Shown here: piece by piece, positions 38,981-50,672 of the stretch | Layout: each line of letters starts with the position of its first letter | How positions within the stretch are numbered: position 1 is the stretch's first letter | Assembly: GCA_024704765.1 (NCBI GenBank) | Contig: JAKMXF010000326.1 | Coordinates: 1 to 64,000, forward strand | Source of the DNA: Oopsacas minuta | Taxonomy: Eukaryota; Animalia; Porifera | DNA length: 64,000 nucleotides | Direction: 5' to 3' | Program-made: the position numbers and the translations under genes | Notes under the pieces: generated by a model | What the model was told of the DNA's origin: nothing | Databases searched by the model: none | What the model saw: only the letters and a program-made list of their open reading frames with translations

Positions 38981-41048
38981 CATATAAAGGAGTAAATATC
39001 ATAATATTTCATACCTAGCTGGGGTGGCCAGATATATATATACATATACATAAATCTTAGAGTAATTGGGTTCTGATTCCGTGTAAATGTGATTTAACTA
39101 GAAAATATACATTGGTGGAGTCAAGTGAATTGTATCTTGACAAATTGGTATCTACGTATTTATTATATATGTTAAATTTACTTAGTGTGGCTGCAACCCC
39201 ATATCAAAACAAAATATTTTGTTACAGGGTAGCAATCCAGCAAAAACAATACAAGAATTTCTACAAATCTTAAATTGTGCCAATCTTCACTGATCTAGAA
39301 TATAACTTGAAAAAGAAAATGTTTATTAGATTATATAGATATAGTAGAATTGGCGAATCATTTAGTAAACAGATGATATAGTTGAATAAAATTGGATTAT
39401 TTTGACAAAGGTATTCTTGTTGAATCGAGTTTGTAGTCAAGTGAGTGTGAAATTGTGTATTCGAAATTCCAATGTAAAATAATCTGATTTCTTTGTCATT
39501 TGATTTCGGGATATTTGTCTTATTAGTATGTAATTTATCTTAGGGTGCAAACAATTGAAATCCGTTCCAATTATTTGGAGTAGGATATATTTAAGTGATT
39601 TTTCAACATGCTGAATTCGTACATGGACTAATTACTAAGAAATAATATGTAGAATTCGTCTGCATATCAATTGGTGTATAAAAGTAATTCAAAATTGTCT
39701 AGTCAGTATTTAGGAAAATGGATTTTGTAAAATCGTTTGGGAGCACAATCAAATGGACAAATAAACAAATTTCAATTGTATATATAAAATTTTTCTCAGG
39801 GTATCATGTAAATCCAAGTCAACAAAATATTTTAGGTCTGGGGTGGGACGCCACCCCGGCTGCCCCTGTAATACGCCTATTCATATGATGAATAGTGTTG
39901 ATGGTGAATTACGCAATATGCGAACTGTAACAACAATTACTTCCTGGATAAGGGAAATAGAAGAAGTACATTGTAATGGCTTCGAAGTCAATAACTTATG
40001 ATATTAGCAAATATATTGAAGCATCATCAACTTTCACAAATATGATGTGATGAATGACATTCCACATCTAGAAATATTTTCAGATCGAAAAGACATCATG
40101 TGGTCGCGTGATAGGCTGATATGTTGGAAAAAGGCTAACGTTATACAACGAAAAATGTTGATCTTTGATGTCAAATTTTCATTATGAAATAGCATAAATA
40201 TATTTTTCTACAAATATCAAAAATTTATCATGATAAAGTAGGCTAGTTCTTGAGTTACAGGTATGCATATAGAGTAGGAATGGAATGGGTATACCATGTT
40301 GAATTGTACTTAAGCCCGAGGTCGATGATGACAACCAAGGAACTATTAAAACCATTACTCAATAATTATTAGTATTGAAATACATCAATTTTGAAAATAT
40401 GCTAAGGAATTGGGTGAATGACTTAGGTCTTTTGAGATATTGAAATCAATCCATTCATAAATTCGGAGAAATATATAAACATGAGAAAAAAATAGAAAAT
40501 AGTTTGAAAGAATTTACAACAAGGGGGAACTTGGGGACTTATAGTATGTTGCCCAATTGGCAATTTAGCAGCAAAATTACCTTAGTACTATGTATTTCTT
40601 TCCACACTAATGCTTCTGGATTATAAAAAAGTGAGCGAGTTGAGTAAGACTGTATCAACTCATTTTGCGTTTTTAAATCAACTCATCTTTTTGAATTAGT
40701 TGAATAAGTTGGTAATAACCAATATTCCAAGTAGGTCATTATTTGCAACATGAATTGGGAAGCATCTAGGATTTTAGATATACGAGTATATATTGCTTCA
40801 GCAGTGCCTGAAATATCCAAGCAAAATTGATTTAGTTGATCGTAAAATAGAAATAAGTTGGTAAATCAATTCAATTTTGGAATCAGTTGGTAGACAGAAA
40901 ATGAGTTGATTTGCAAATACAAAATCAGTTGATGCACGCTGAGTAAATTAAAGATAACGAACGAGGAGATACTACACTATTGAAACCAACAACCTATGTC
41001 TGTTGTGATTGCCACAAACAAGAAGATCCTTTCAGTATCTATGCCAAA

Positions 41049-41727
41049 GAGGTGCATGCATTAGTTCGAATTTTAAAGTAGTTATTAGTTCGAATTTTCT
41101 GAGTAGTAACAAGTAAGAATCAATTTTTAGTTTATTGCAATAAATTCGAATCAATTTTTGGTCTATTGTACAAGCTCGAATCAATGTTCTGACTGTTGTC
41201 ACAAGTCAGAATCGATTTGCCGACTGTTGTCACAAATGAAAATACATTCTCTGAACTGCTGTCACAAGTAGGAATCGATTTTCAGATTGTGTTGTCGCAA
41301 GTAAGAATCGATTTTCAGACTGTTGTCACAAATTTAACAAAAAAATCCAAGGTTCCGCCATTTTGCAAACTTGTATAATAATTAGTCTAACAAAAGTCCA
41401 TCCAAACACAATATTACCATGAAGTCCACATCCCCGCTCCTAGGTAGCTTAATAACGAGTACAAATGATAACTCCCAGATTCACAAGGTAGTGAACTAAA
41501 TCCCTAATCCCCTCCCAATGGTACGGGTTTATAATTACTAAAATAAAAAGTTTTGCCCAGCCTCGTTTTGCCACGCGACATCTCGGAAAAGTAGATCCTA
41601 ACTTGTTACTATAGACTGAAAATCGACTCGAACTTGCTACAATAAACTAAAAATTGATTTTAACTTGTTACAATTCAGAAAATTCTACTAAAGACAACCC
41701 TAAAATTCGAACTAAAGCACCGCCCCC
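41049..41727. mobile_element. Foldback/Mutator-like MITE whose long TIRs are built from ~30-bp tandem units
   Basis: 41049-~41200 is an imperfect inverted copy of ~41575-41727 (TTAGTTCGAATTTT...GAATTTTCTGA...AATCAATTTTTAGTTTATTG); flanks ATGCCAAA and ATGCCAAT. Confidence 0.7.
41085..41335. repeat. Degenerate tandem array, ~30-bp unit (AAGTAAGAATCGATTTTCAGACTGTTGTCAC-like), ~7-8 copies
   Basis: Repeated gaatcgattt(t)cagactgttgtcacaa read directly. Confidence 0.8.
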
Positions 41728-42897
41728 ATGCCAATTGCTTCAAGCATATGTTGTATCAAATTCAAACAAATTTCAGAAGAGAATTCTATGCCATAATAAC
41801 AATGCTACAAAACCACTGTTGTGGGAAGTGTTGATGTCTAAATATCATGCATGATGGGCTAGAGTCCAATTGCCTACTTGAAAACTGATTTTGGCTAGAT
41901 GTCCAACTTTTTAGGAAATAAGTGAGGTCCAATGAGGCAAATATCCAGCAAAAACTTTGAAAAAACTAAAATTGCCACGCTATTATATATTCCAGTTTAA
42001 TAAAAATTTGCTACGCCCGCGATGTCCGCTCAAATTAGTTACCTTCCGTCCAGTAATTTCTTCACTTAGGTTGCAAGTATGCAATTGTATGGTAAATATT
42101 ATACCATACATTTTGGGTAGATTAGTGAAAAATATATTATAGTTTTCACCAAATTTTACAAAATCTTACTAAAGTATGTATAAAATTGTCCGAATTAAGA
42201 AAAAATTTAACTAATTAGCCATAAATTGTATAAAACTGTAAGAAAATTTCTAAATATTTCGTTTAATGATTCAGATCTTCAACATTTTCAAATTATCCTT
42301 TGATGAGTCATCATTTTGGCAAGATCTCATCACATATCAAATAGTACACCAGCAAGTGCAGACTTTTCAACTAACCTTGAATTTTCGAATGAACATAATT
42401 TTCAGTGAATTTGCTTAGTCCAGACTATAAGTTTGAATATTTCTGCTACTGAAGCGCTGTCTTCATTGAGCATATACATATTTAGCCACTTACGGTGTCA
42501 ATTTTGGACAAATTTGAAAAGATCCAATAACTCCTTCAGTTAGTAAAATCTCCACTTTCGTTACTCAAACGAAGTGAAAACTAGAAATATTAATCATTAC
42601 AATCACTGACTATATCCGGGGATAATTGTTTTTCATAGCAGGGCAGGAATGTGGCAAAGTGTGCCGCAGTTCGAAAATGTTGAGAAAGCACTGCCATATA
42701 ATAAATGGAAACATTTTACAGGACTATAAGATACCATATATTACGAAATCACGATGTGCGGAGCACGAGGCTGACGAGCTGAGACCTAGAAACAGAAGTG
42801 TCAATCAGAAATATCTTCTTTCGAATTGCAATAATTCATTGAGTATTTCAGGAATTAGTCAAACGAGGTAATAGTATAGTATTCTAATACACTAAGG

Positions 42898-43019
42898 CAT
42901 TGATTCTCAAACATATTTTCCCGCGGACCTCTTTAGTCCACTTATGGTGTCCTCGGGCCCTGCCAAAAAACATAACGAAAACATTTTTAGGACCGCGGAA
43001 CCCAGGTTGAGAATCACTG
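42898..43019. mobile_element. hAT (Charlie-type) MITE, 122 bp
   Basis: TIRs CATTGATTCTCAAAC and GTTGAGAATCACTG; 8-bp flanks CACTAAGG and CACTAAAG with central TA. Confidence 0.8.
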
Positions 43020-43219
43020 CACTAAAGCAATGGGACTGGTCTATTTTTCAGGACAGGAATTGGAAAAACGAGTTAGGGAGTATTATACTGAGTATATCTT
43101 TCAGGAACAGTGCACTTTTGCTGAATAAATATAATAAATACTCGTATCAAAGTTCTAGAATTTAGATAAACTTCAAGAAATATAGGATACATATAAAAAT
43201 ATATATTCCAAAGGCAAAC

Positions 43220-44821
43220 CTTTGCGATAAGAGATCTGAGTAATGAGTTAGTTGTACAATTCAATTCTGAAGTTTGTTGCATCGAATATATCGAATCAAA
43301 TAGGTCATCACGAGAAATATCAACTTCTTCATGTTTCTTGTCCCAATCAACTAAATGTAATTGCCCAGCTTCATCAGATTTTATATCAGCAACTAGTGAA
43401 GAACGGAGATCAGCTAATTGATAAATTACACTAGAAGGACGGGGAGGCAACCTCAGATAAAACACACCTAATGAGACTTCCAAGTGAAATAAAACATCAT
43501 CTTCAATCCACTCTAATAGACCACTATTATCCAACGTTGGGAAGTAGTGAGCGAGAGGGTTTATTCGGCTGAGGAGGATATTATATACTGGAGAAAGCAT
43601 ATGCAGAGAGAATTGTCGTAATCGTGAAGAATGAGTGTTATCGATAAAAGAGTCCCCACGAAAAACAGTCACAGGGGAATCAATTACTGACTGAAAATCA
43701 AAAATTAATGCAGATGTATTAATTGGGCCAGAAAAAGCGATAGAGCTGGAAATAAATCGCAAAACTACAATAAAGCTGCTAAAATGCGAATCTGTAATCA
43801 GAGCTAAATAATAGTAATCAAGATTTCCGATATGCCAAATCATAGGGTTGGAAATGAAGAAAATGATTTCAAAATCAATCAGAGATAGAAGGTTGATCTT
43901 AGAGGATTTGAGTTTCGATAAAATATTGATAGAGAATTGTGTTTCAAAATTACAATGGAAAACATCAGTGTCCAGTCTGTACAAGAATTTTCTAGAAAAT
44001 CCTCCGAAAAGAGACGGAAAAATAGAATTAAATGCATGCAACTTTGGATGTATTAATCGTATTCCAAAAAAATTGAACACACAAAGGTTAGATATGGGTT
44101 CAAAGAGTGGAAAAACAGACCGATTTATTAGTGAAAACGGAAGTAGAGAAAAGATATTATCAAAAGGTTGATGTACAGTGCAGTTAACAAAGAATATCTG
44201 TTTGATATATTGTTGTAATTCAAGGGCCAAAGGTGACAAATTTTGATTAGTATTGATCCAAACTAGTCGAATTGAATGAGATAAAAGGAATTTAGTCAAA
44301 TCGGGAGTTAGCACATGTTTGAAGAACAAACTCGACAAATTTTTTCCTTCAAACGAGACAAGCTTGGTTGTAAAAAAATATTCGAAATCCTTTCGAGCTG
44401 CAGGAAATCTACCTAAGATAAAGATATATTTTCGAACATATATATTACTATACCTCACAGTAACTGGTGAAAAAATCTCTGCAGGATCCCATGTTTGAGA
44501 ATAGAGAGATTGTATGAGTCCATTCCATAAATCCCGGCTATTAACAGTTGTTGAAACATCATTGTCAGTAATAAAGCTACACATATGAGAAATGGAATTT
44601 TTCCAGGTTGTTGATGAAAATGGCAAAAAAGAGCCATTTGTAAAACTCAAAAATGATAAAAGGTTCATGTTCCATTCGATATCTGAAAACATAGAAAGTG
44701 AAAGGTTAGATATAACGAAAAATTGTAAAAGTAAGGTTAAGATCAATCGCTGAATGTGAAAAAGATTAGAAGTCAATAATTCGGGAAAGACAAGAAATAA
44801 CAACCTCCATTTATTAGCCAT
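43220..44821 (-). CDS. Large intact exon (534 codons) of an unidentified host gene
   Basis: Uninterrupted frame in ~30% GC DNA; acceptor ttgtatttctag| immediately upstream of 44821 and candidate donor AAG|gtttgc at 43219; Leu/Phe/Ser-rich; no domain recognised. Confidence 0.75.
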
Positions 44822-45025
44822 CTAGAAATACAATTATGAAAAGTGAATTATTTTAAGCGGAATTTGGCTCAAGTGTAGACGCAAGCATAACAAACATTGC
44901 ATTGACACTGGAGAGCATCTAGAGAATGAGTAGGGTTTACGATCCAGTATTCTGATAAAATTGTCAATTGGATTCGAATCCCAGGATCCCTTTCAATTAT
45001 TAGCTGAATAACAATTAATACGTAC

Positions 45026-47510
45026 TAGTGATGTTGAACGAATATCATTTTAAAATAATCGGTTATCGAATTGTTAATTCGCAAAGTAACGGATTGATCG
45101 GTTATAATCGGTCAAACTCAATTATCATTATATTCTGCCTTTAACTGCTAGTACTTTCCTGTATCTTAATTTATCAAATGAAATCAAATTAGATAAAATA
45201 ATGAGTTAATGACTAATAATGAAGAAATCCTAAAATCTAATAATTTATTATTACTTTATCTCTTGCTTCTTGAAATATGACTTTAAGATCATTAAGCTAT
45301 CAACCGAGTTCTCACTCAACCGTGATCTCAACTTCTTCACAAAAAGTCCTGCTGCTGAGAAAGCACGTCTTGCCTCAACGCTGTCGGAGGAATTGTATTC
45401 AGTACTTCCTCTATAGAAGAAATATTTTTGGATTTGTCTCCAGTGGCTTCAATAAGGCCATTTCCTATATCAGAGATAGAAATCCAATATCTTCTTTCGG
45501 GGTTCTTACATAAATTGTAGAATTTTGTATTGCTCTTTTTAATTGGTCAGCAAGTAATATCGGAGAGCTACGTATTTCAACGTCTTCAATGTTTCCGAAG
45601 TCTCCTGAGAATTTAAAATTACACTATCGAATTGTTCAGTTCCATGCTGTGAATACAATTGTGAAAGGATCATTTTCATTGTCTTTTGCACTACTTTTCT
45701 TTTAATACACGGATCCTCCCTTATCGAATCAGGATTCAATAAATATCTCATAACATTGATAAGATTAGACTGCCGCCTCCCGTTAAATCTTTGTCTTAGG
45801 TTCTGCAATAATTGTATGGAGAACTCTGAACAAACCATTTCAAGTTTCTGGAACATAAAATAGATTATCCCTTCTGCATTGAGTAAATTTGCGTCACGCT
45901 GGCATAGAGCAGATATCCTCATTTCGATGGGTTTTAAACAACTGCAAAAGTTTTCCAACACTTGCCAATCAAGTTCACAAACTTCCATGTTTAAATTGAT
46001 GTCGATCATTGCTTTGCATAGTGCTTTTCTTACAGTTAACAATCGATTAATCATGCTAATTAAGCTATTCCACCTAGTTTTGCAATCCATGACTAGATTT
46101 GAAGTTTTTCCTAAATCTTCCTTTATGCACGACTGAAGTACTTCATTTTTTAATGGGGACTTCCTAAATATACGAACGATATTTCGAAACTTAACGATAA
46201 CAGTTTCTCTATTTATTTTCGAAGGCGGGATAAACATGTCTTCATCAATTTCACCGTCATCTTCATCTGAGAAAATTGATTCACCTTCAGTATCTTCTGC
46301 ACCACAAAGGCCATCATTATATGAGTCAGAGATAGTCGACTGAATTTGAGATGTGCCAATTGGCTCTTCGTCCGTTCCTTCATCATAAATAGGAATCCTA
46401 TTCTTGGAGTATAATACTGCAACTACTGCTAAATGTACCCCGTGAGCCAAACAAAGTTGCTGATGAATACCACTTAGTCTTCCCATCTTCACCATGACAG
46501 GGGCTCCATCACAGATGATGCTAACAATATGCTTCTGCAACTCAATATTGAATTCAATCCATATCCTTTCCAAAAGCTCAAGAACCTTCTCAGCTGGCAT
46601 CTTTCCATAAATACGCTTCATTCCAATGTTCCAAAAGTTATTGATGCTATGTATATTGACATTCATATACCGCTTATTTTGGATAGAAGTATATTCGTCC
46701 AAGTACACGCTCATCCATTTTCCATTAGCAAGTAAAAACTGTAACTGAGAAGTGACCACTCCCTTAACATGATTTGCATTCTTGAAACTGTAGAATGGTC
46801 TGGAATTGGGGTGAAAGCATTCTCTTGTAACGAAGAACGGATAAATTTACTTTGGCTGATTATCAGATAATCGAAACAATCCTCAGCAGCTAACCTAGCA
46901 ATTACCTCATCCAAACCTTGTTTTTTGGAAAATAATGGTAACAAACTTTGAGTACTATGTTTCTTCGAAGGGGGTTCGTTGTCAGAAATGTGATTCAGGC
47001 CCAATTGGATATTATGTATCAAAAGATGATTTCTTAACCCAGTAGTTGTACTGCCTTTACAACTTAGATTCTTCTTACAAATAAGGCATTTGGCTTCTTC
47101 CCCATATTTCTCGAAATGTTTCCATACCTCAGACCTCTTAGCCATAATACCATACAGTATTGTAAGTATAGAAGTAACGATTTATAGAAAAGCTAGAATA
47201 TTCAAAATTATGCTGTAACAAATACGTTTACAGATAATTATACATATAAATATACGTATCGCCGTATGCCTATAAACTACTATATCTAGCAATTAAGTCT
47301 CTAGCCGTTAAAACATAATTCAAGAATACATAGAATGACAATTGTGTGATTTTTTTAATAGAAATTCCAATAGAAACTTTATTGTTGACTAAAAGGTGAA
47401 ATTTTGAAAATAGCCGATTAATCGAAGTAGAATAATCGGTTATCGATAATAAGTAAAAATTCAATAATCGATTAAATAATCGAATATTTACTAATCGGTT
47501 ACCATCCCTA
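45026..47510 (-). mobile_element. hAT (Ac/hobo-like) DNA transposon, full-length, defective
   Basis: Termini TAGTGATG and CATCCCTA; perfect 8-bp TSD ATACGTAC (45018-45025, 47511-47518); AATCG-type subterminal repeats. Confidence 0.93.
45251..47145 (-). pseudogene. BED-finger hAT transposase, frameshifted, probable 3' intron
   Basis: BED finger VWKHF...CLIC...STTTGLRNHL; LDEYTS; CDGAPVM; CLAHGVHL; KTRWNSL; C-terminal IPPT/VEARRAFSAAGLFVKKLRSRL dimerisation domain. Confidence 0.9.
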
Positions 47511-48723
47511 ATACGTACACTAATTAAGTGGCAGTGTATATACAATGGAAGGGTTAAAATTCCTATGATGTAGTTAAAATAACGTGTAAAATTTTGGAGA
47601 ATTGTACTTTATCAACAACTTGTAAGAAAATGTATATTATAGTCCATTTGTAATTCGTTGTGAACAAGAAAGAGCTCGGTGTGGACCAAACTGATCATTT
47701 CGGATACTAAAACTAAAATTTTATGAAATTTTGTTGAGTCAAAATAGGAAATTCTAGATTTCCTCCGCAAAAATGACCAGTTTCACCAGAATATACCTCA
47801 TAGCAGTTTAGCATGAAATATGAACATACCATTATTCGCAAATCTACAATGATTGGCCATGAGTACTTCAGTGTTCGGGAAAAATTCTGATATTTTAGCA
47901 ATTTTTAATTTTTCAAGGAACATATAATCAAATTTTGAATTGATAGAGTAAAACGGACCCACGAAATCCATTTTCAGTATCAGCATAGTTGGTAATATAA
48001 CATAAAAACAGTACTAAACACAGAAGAAAAATCAGTGTTGAACAGTGTGATCACTAGAGATTAATCCATAAGTACAAATATTTAACATTTTAAAGTATTA
48101 ATTAACTCATATATGATGAAAATTTCCGTGTAATATATATTGAAATTTTTGAGATCTTAGACATATTCCGGCTATATACATATATTTCTGTACATACAAT
48201 GCTAAGTCGCTAGACTGCCCGGGTCTATGACTATGAGCAACAATTCCCGGTATTTACAATGCTACACAAGCCAGATGAACTCGAAAATTTCTCATTCGAG
48301 GTTTCCACCGCGTGAAGATGTTACTGATCTAATTACTGTTTATGAGTATTCCAAGCATTTCAGTGAGGGAGACATTGAGTATTGAGCATACACAAACATG
48401 AGTACCCAATGGAGATGACACTTCTCGAGAAGTCTCTCGCAAGTATCTAAAGCTGAAGAAGTTGCGGTACCGTCTATTTTACCCGGATTTAAAGTATACT
48501 ATTCCATATAGCCAATCACGAATAAGCGGGGTGTTTCCTCTCAAACGAATGATTAACCCCTCTCGCAAACTATGAATCTCAGTTGGATATCATATACTGA
48601 AGAGAATAAAAAGTCTCTGATTACTAGATTCCAGGATCCGTACGCAAAGTTGTAATTTCTTTCTATGTATTTCTCAATAATTTCAATCCGGTATCATAAT
48701 CCACATACATTGATATTTATGTA

Positions 48724-48958
48724 CAGTAGTCTGGAGCTACTTTGGCCCACTGGGTTTGCTATAGCCCAAATATCAAAGTTTCAAAGCAACTAGATTAGAT
48801 TCACTATTATACTTGAATATGACTTGCCAAATTTTTAACGAATTTTCAAATATTGGTAGACAGTTTCGAATACAAATACAATATCTATTCGATACGTAAG
48901 GAAATTTCAATATTTGGGCTAAAACAAACCCAGTGGGCCAAAGTAGCACCAGTTACGG
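48724..48958. mobile_element. Tc1/mariner (pogo-like) MITE, 235 bp
   Basis: ~57-bp TIRs containing GCTACTTTGGCCCACTGGGTTTG...AGCCCAAATAT; TA flanks. Confidence 0.85.
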
Positions 48959-49056
48959 TATGCGTAAGAGCAGGAGTTGATTCAGTAATCGAATTTCTGG
49001 CTCGACACATATTCTTGAGGGACTTTGCCGGGATGGCACTTTTTGATACAGTAGCA

Positions 49057-49968
49057 CAGTGCTTCCCAACCAGGAGATCCCCCCATTGAGGGGATGGCAA
49101 TACCGAAGAGGGGAAATACATATTCGGAGAGAACCATCTATACCTGAGGTGTGCGGAAATAATATAGTCAGAGGTGGCTCGTCGCTATCGCTACATATTT
49201 TAGATCTTTATATTCAATTCCTCGCTCTTGTCCAACCCATTTGCGTTATACGTCGATAAAGTTGGTACTCAGATATAATTATTGTTAATACTTTGTAAGC
49301 ATTAGTAAGCATTACAATGTAAGGGTTTGAAAAGAATGCATGCATCTAACAAATATAAATTGCTTTTGTATGAAAATAAATTCTATGTATTCGATTGTGA
49401 ATACGTAATCGATGTGTGAATTCCAATAATGTGAATAATATGGCATCCAATCGCTTTTCGGACGTCCAATCAATCCCTAAATACCTGCTAACCCCGATGG
49501 ATATGTCACTGGAAGATATGATGGACTTAGACAACATGCTAGTAGAGGAGTTGTTATATTTACAGGCAAATGAGGAGGCAAAAGCTCATTATTCTTTGGC
49601 TAACAAAACTAAATTCTGGTGTTTAGCCAAGGGGGGTAGCACCAAATCTTTTCAAAACAGCTGAAAGATTTCTTTTGCTTCCATTTCCAAGAATAAATTT
49701 TTGTGGGAAACGTTTTCTCCAGCAAATTTTCTTAGATCAAAACACCGCAGGCGACTTGACTTCAGAGAAGATTTAAGGATATCAGCATCAAGTCATAGTC
49801 CAGATATAGAAATATTAGCATCTAACAAGCAATTACAAGGTTCGCATAAATTACAGTTGATTGAATTAAAAAAACTAAACTTCAAATTATTTGGAATTAG
49901 GATGGCGGGGCCAAAAGGGAGATTAAATTTCATGGGGGGGATGGCCAGTAAAAGGTTGAGAACCATTG
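49057..49968 (+). mobile_element. hAT Charlie/Buster-type internally deleted element
   Basis: TIRs CAGTGCTTCCCAACC and GGTTGAGAACCATTG; retains the C-terminal motif LRSKHRRRLDFREDLRISASSHSPDIEILASNKQLQGSH; flanks CAGTAGCA and CAGTACAT only partly match. Confidence 0.8.
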
Positions 49969-50224
49969 CAGTACATATTAATCTTATACTAATTTGAATG
50001 TCGACACATTAGGTGCTTTAGGGTTGATGAAAAGCATCGAGATAAACTCTTGCGCCCTACATTACAACTGTATTAAAGTGATGCATATAAGCTAGTATAA
50101 ATTAGTGGTGGGCGAGGTAAGTCTTTAACCCCTTGCGGGCCCAAAATCTATCAGATCTTGCGACCACAATAACACTTATGTAAAATGTTGATCTTACTAC
50201 AAAACAGTATAAAATTGCATATAT

Positions 50225-50287
50225 TAAAAAGTACTGTGCGCATGTCCATTAGGTACTGTGCGCATGTCCGTTAAGTACTGTGCGCAT
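50225..50287 (+). repeat. Left TIR: TAAAAA + 22-bp unit GTACTGTGCGCATGTCCATTAG x ~2.6
   Basis: Units start at 50231, 50253 and 50275; each contains TGCGCAT(G). Confidence 0.95.
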
Positions 50288-50407
50288 GCATGTAAAATAT
50301 TTATTCAATTTGTTGTATGCATATATAATGTTACTACGGTTGTATGCATATATATTGTGAATGCAGGTCAGAAAAAGTAATATCACGAATTGTACGTATT
50401 CCGATAT

Positions 50408-50590
50408 CAATAGAGTCTCGTTAATACGAACAAGGGTTAAGCCGTAACTCTGGATAAGGACTACAATTTTGTCCCCTTTATCAGTTCCCTTCGATGCCTT
50501 TTCAATGTAATTAGTTCGGATAATACGTACTCCGGATAAGGAGTACGTATTTTGGCAGTCCCTTGTGTACGTAATAACGAGAGTCTACTA
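50408..50590. mobile_element. pogo/Tigger-type MITE nested in the KDZ element
   Basis: Imperfect ~29-bp TIRs CAATAGAGTCTCGTTAATACGAACAAGGG and CCCTTGTGTACGTAATAACGAGAGTCTACTA; internal perfect 12-bp-stem palindrome at 50522-50551. Confidence 0.7.
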
Positions 50591-50672
50591 TAGTATTAGT
50601 ACTCTGGTATAATTCTCTGACTGTCTCATACAATAAGAAATAATCAGTTTCATCCTTCTCACCGGTTTAAAC

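Noticed and set aside
41196-41378. 60-aa repetitive ORF (SQVRIDFQTVV repeats)
   Set aside because: Translation artefact of the 30-bp tandem array.
50231-50287. CRISPR-like array (regularly spaced repeats)
   Set aside because: Units are contiguous with no unique spacers, are mirrored at 56143-56205 as a TIR, and the context is eukaryotic.
50125-50440. piggyBac-like MITE (TTAACCCCTT … AAGGGTTAA)
   Set aside because: The match is only ~9 bp, the right motif lies inside a pogo-type MITE TIR, and the span would cross the KDZ left TIR.
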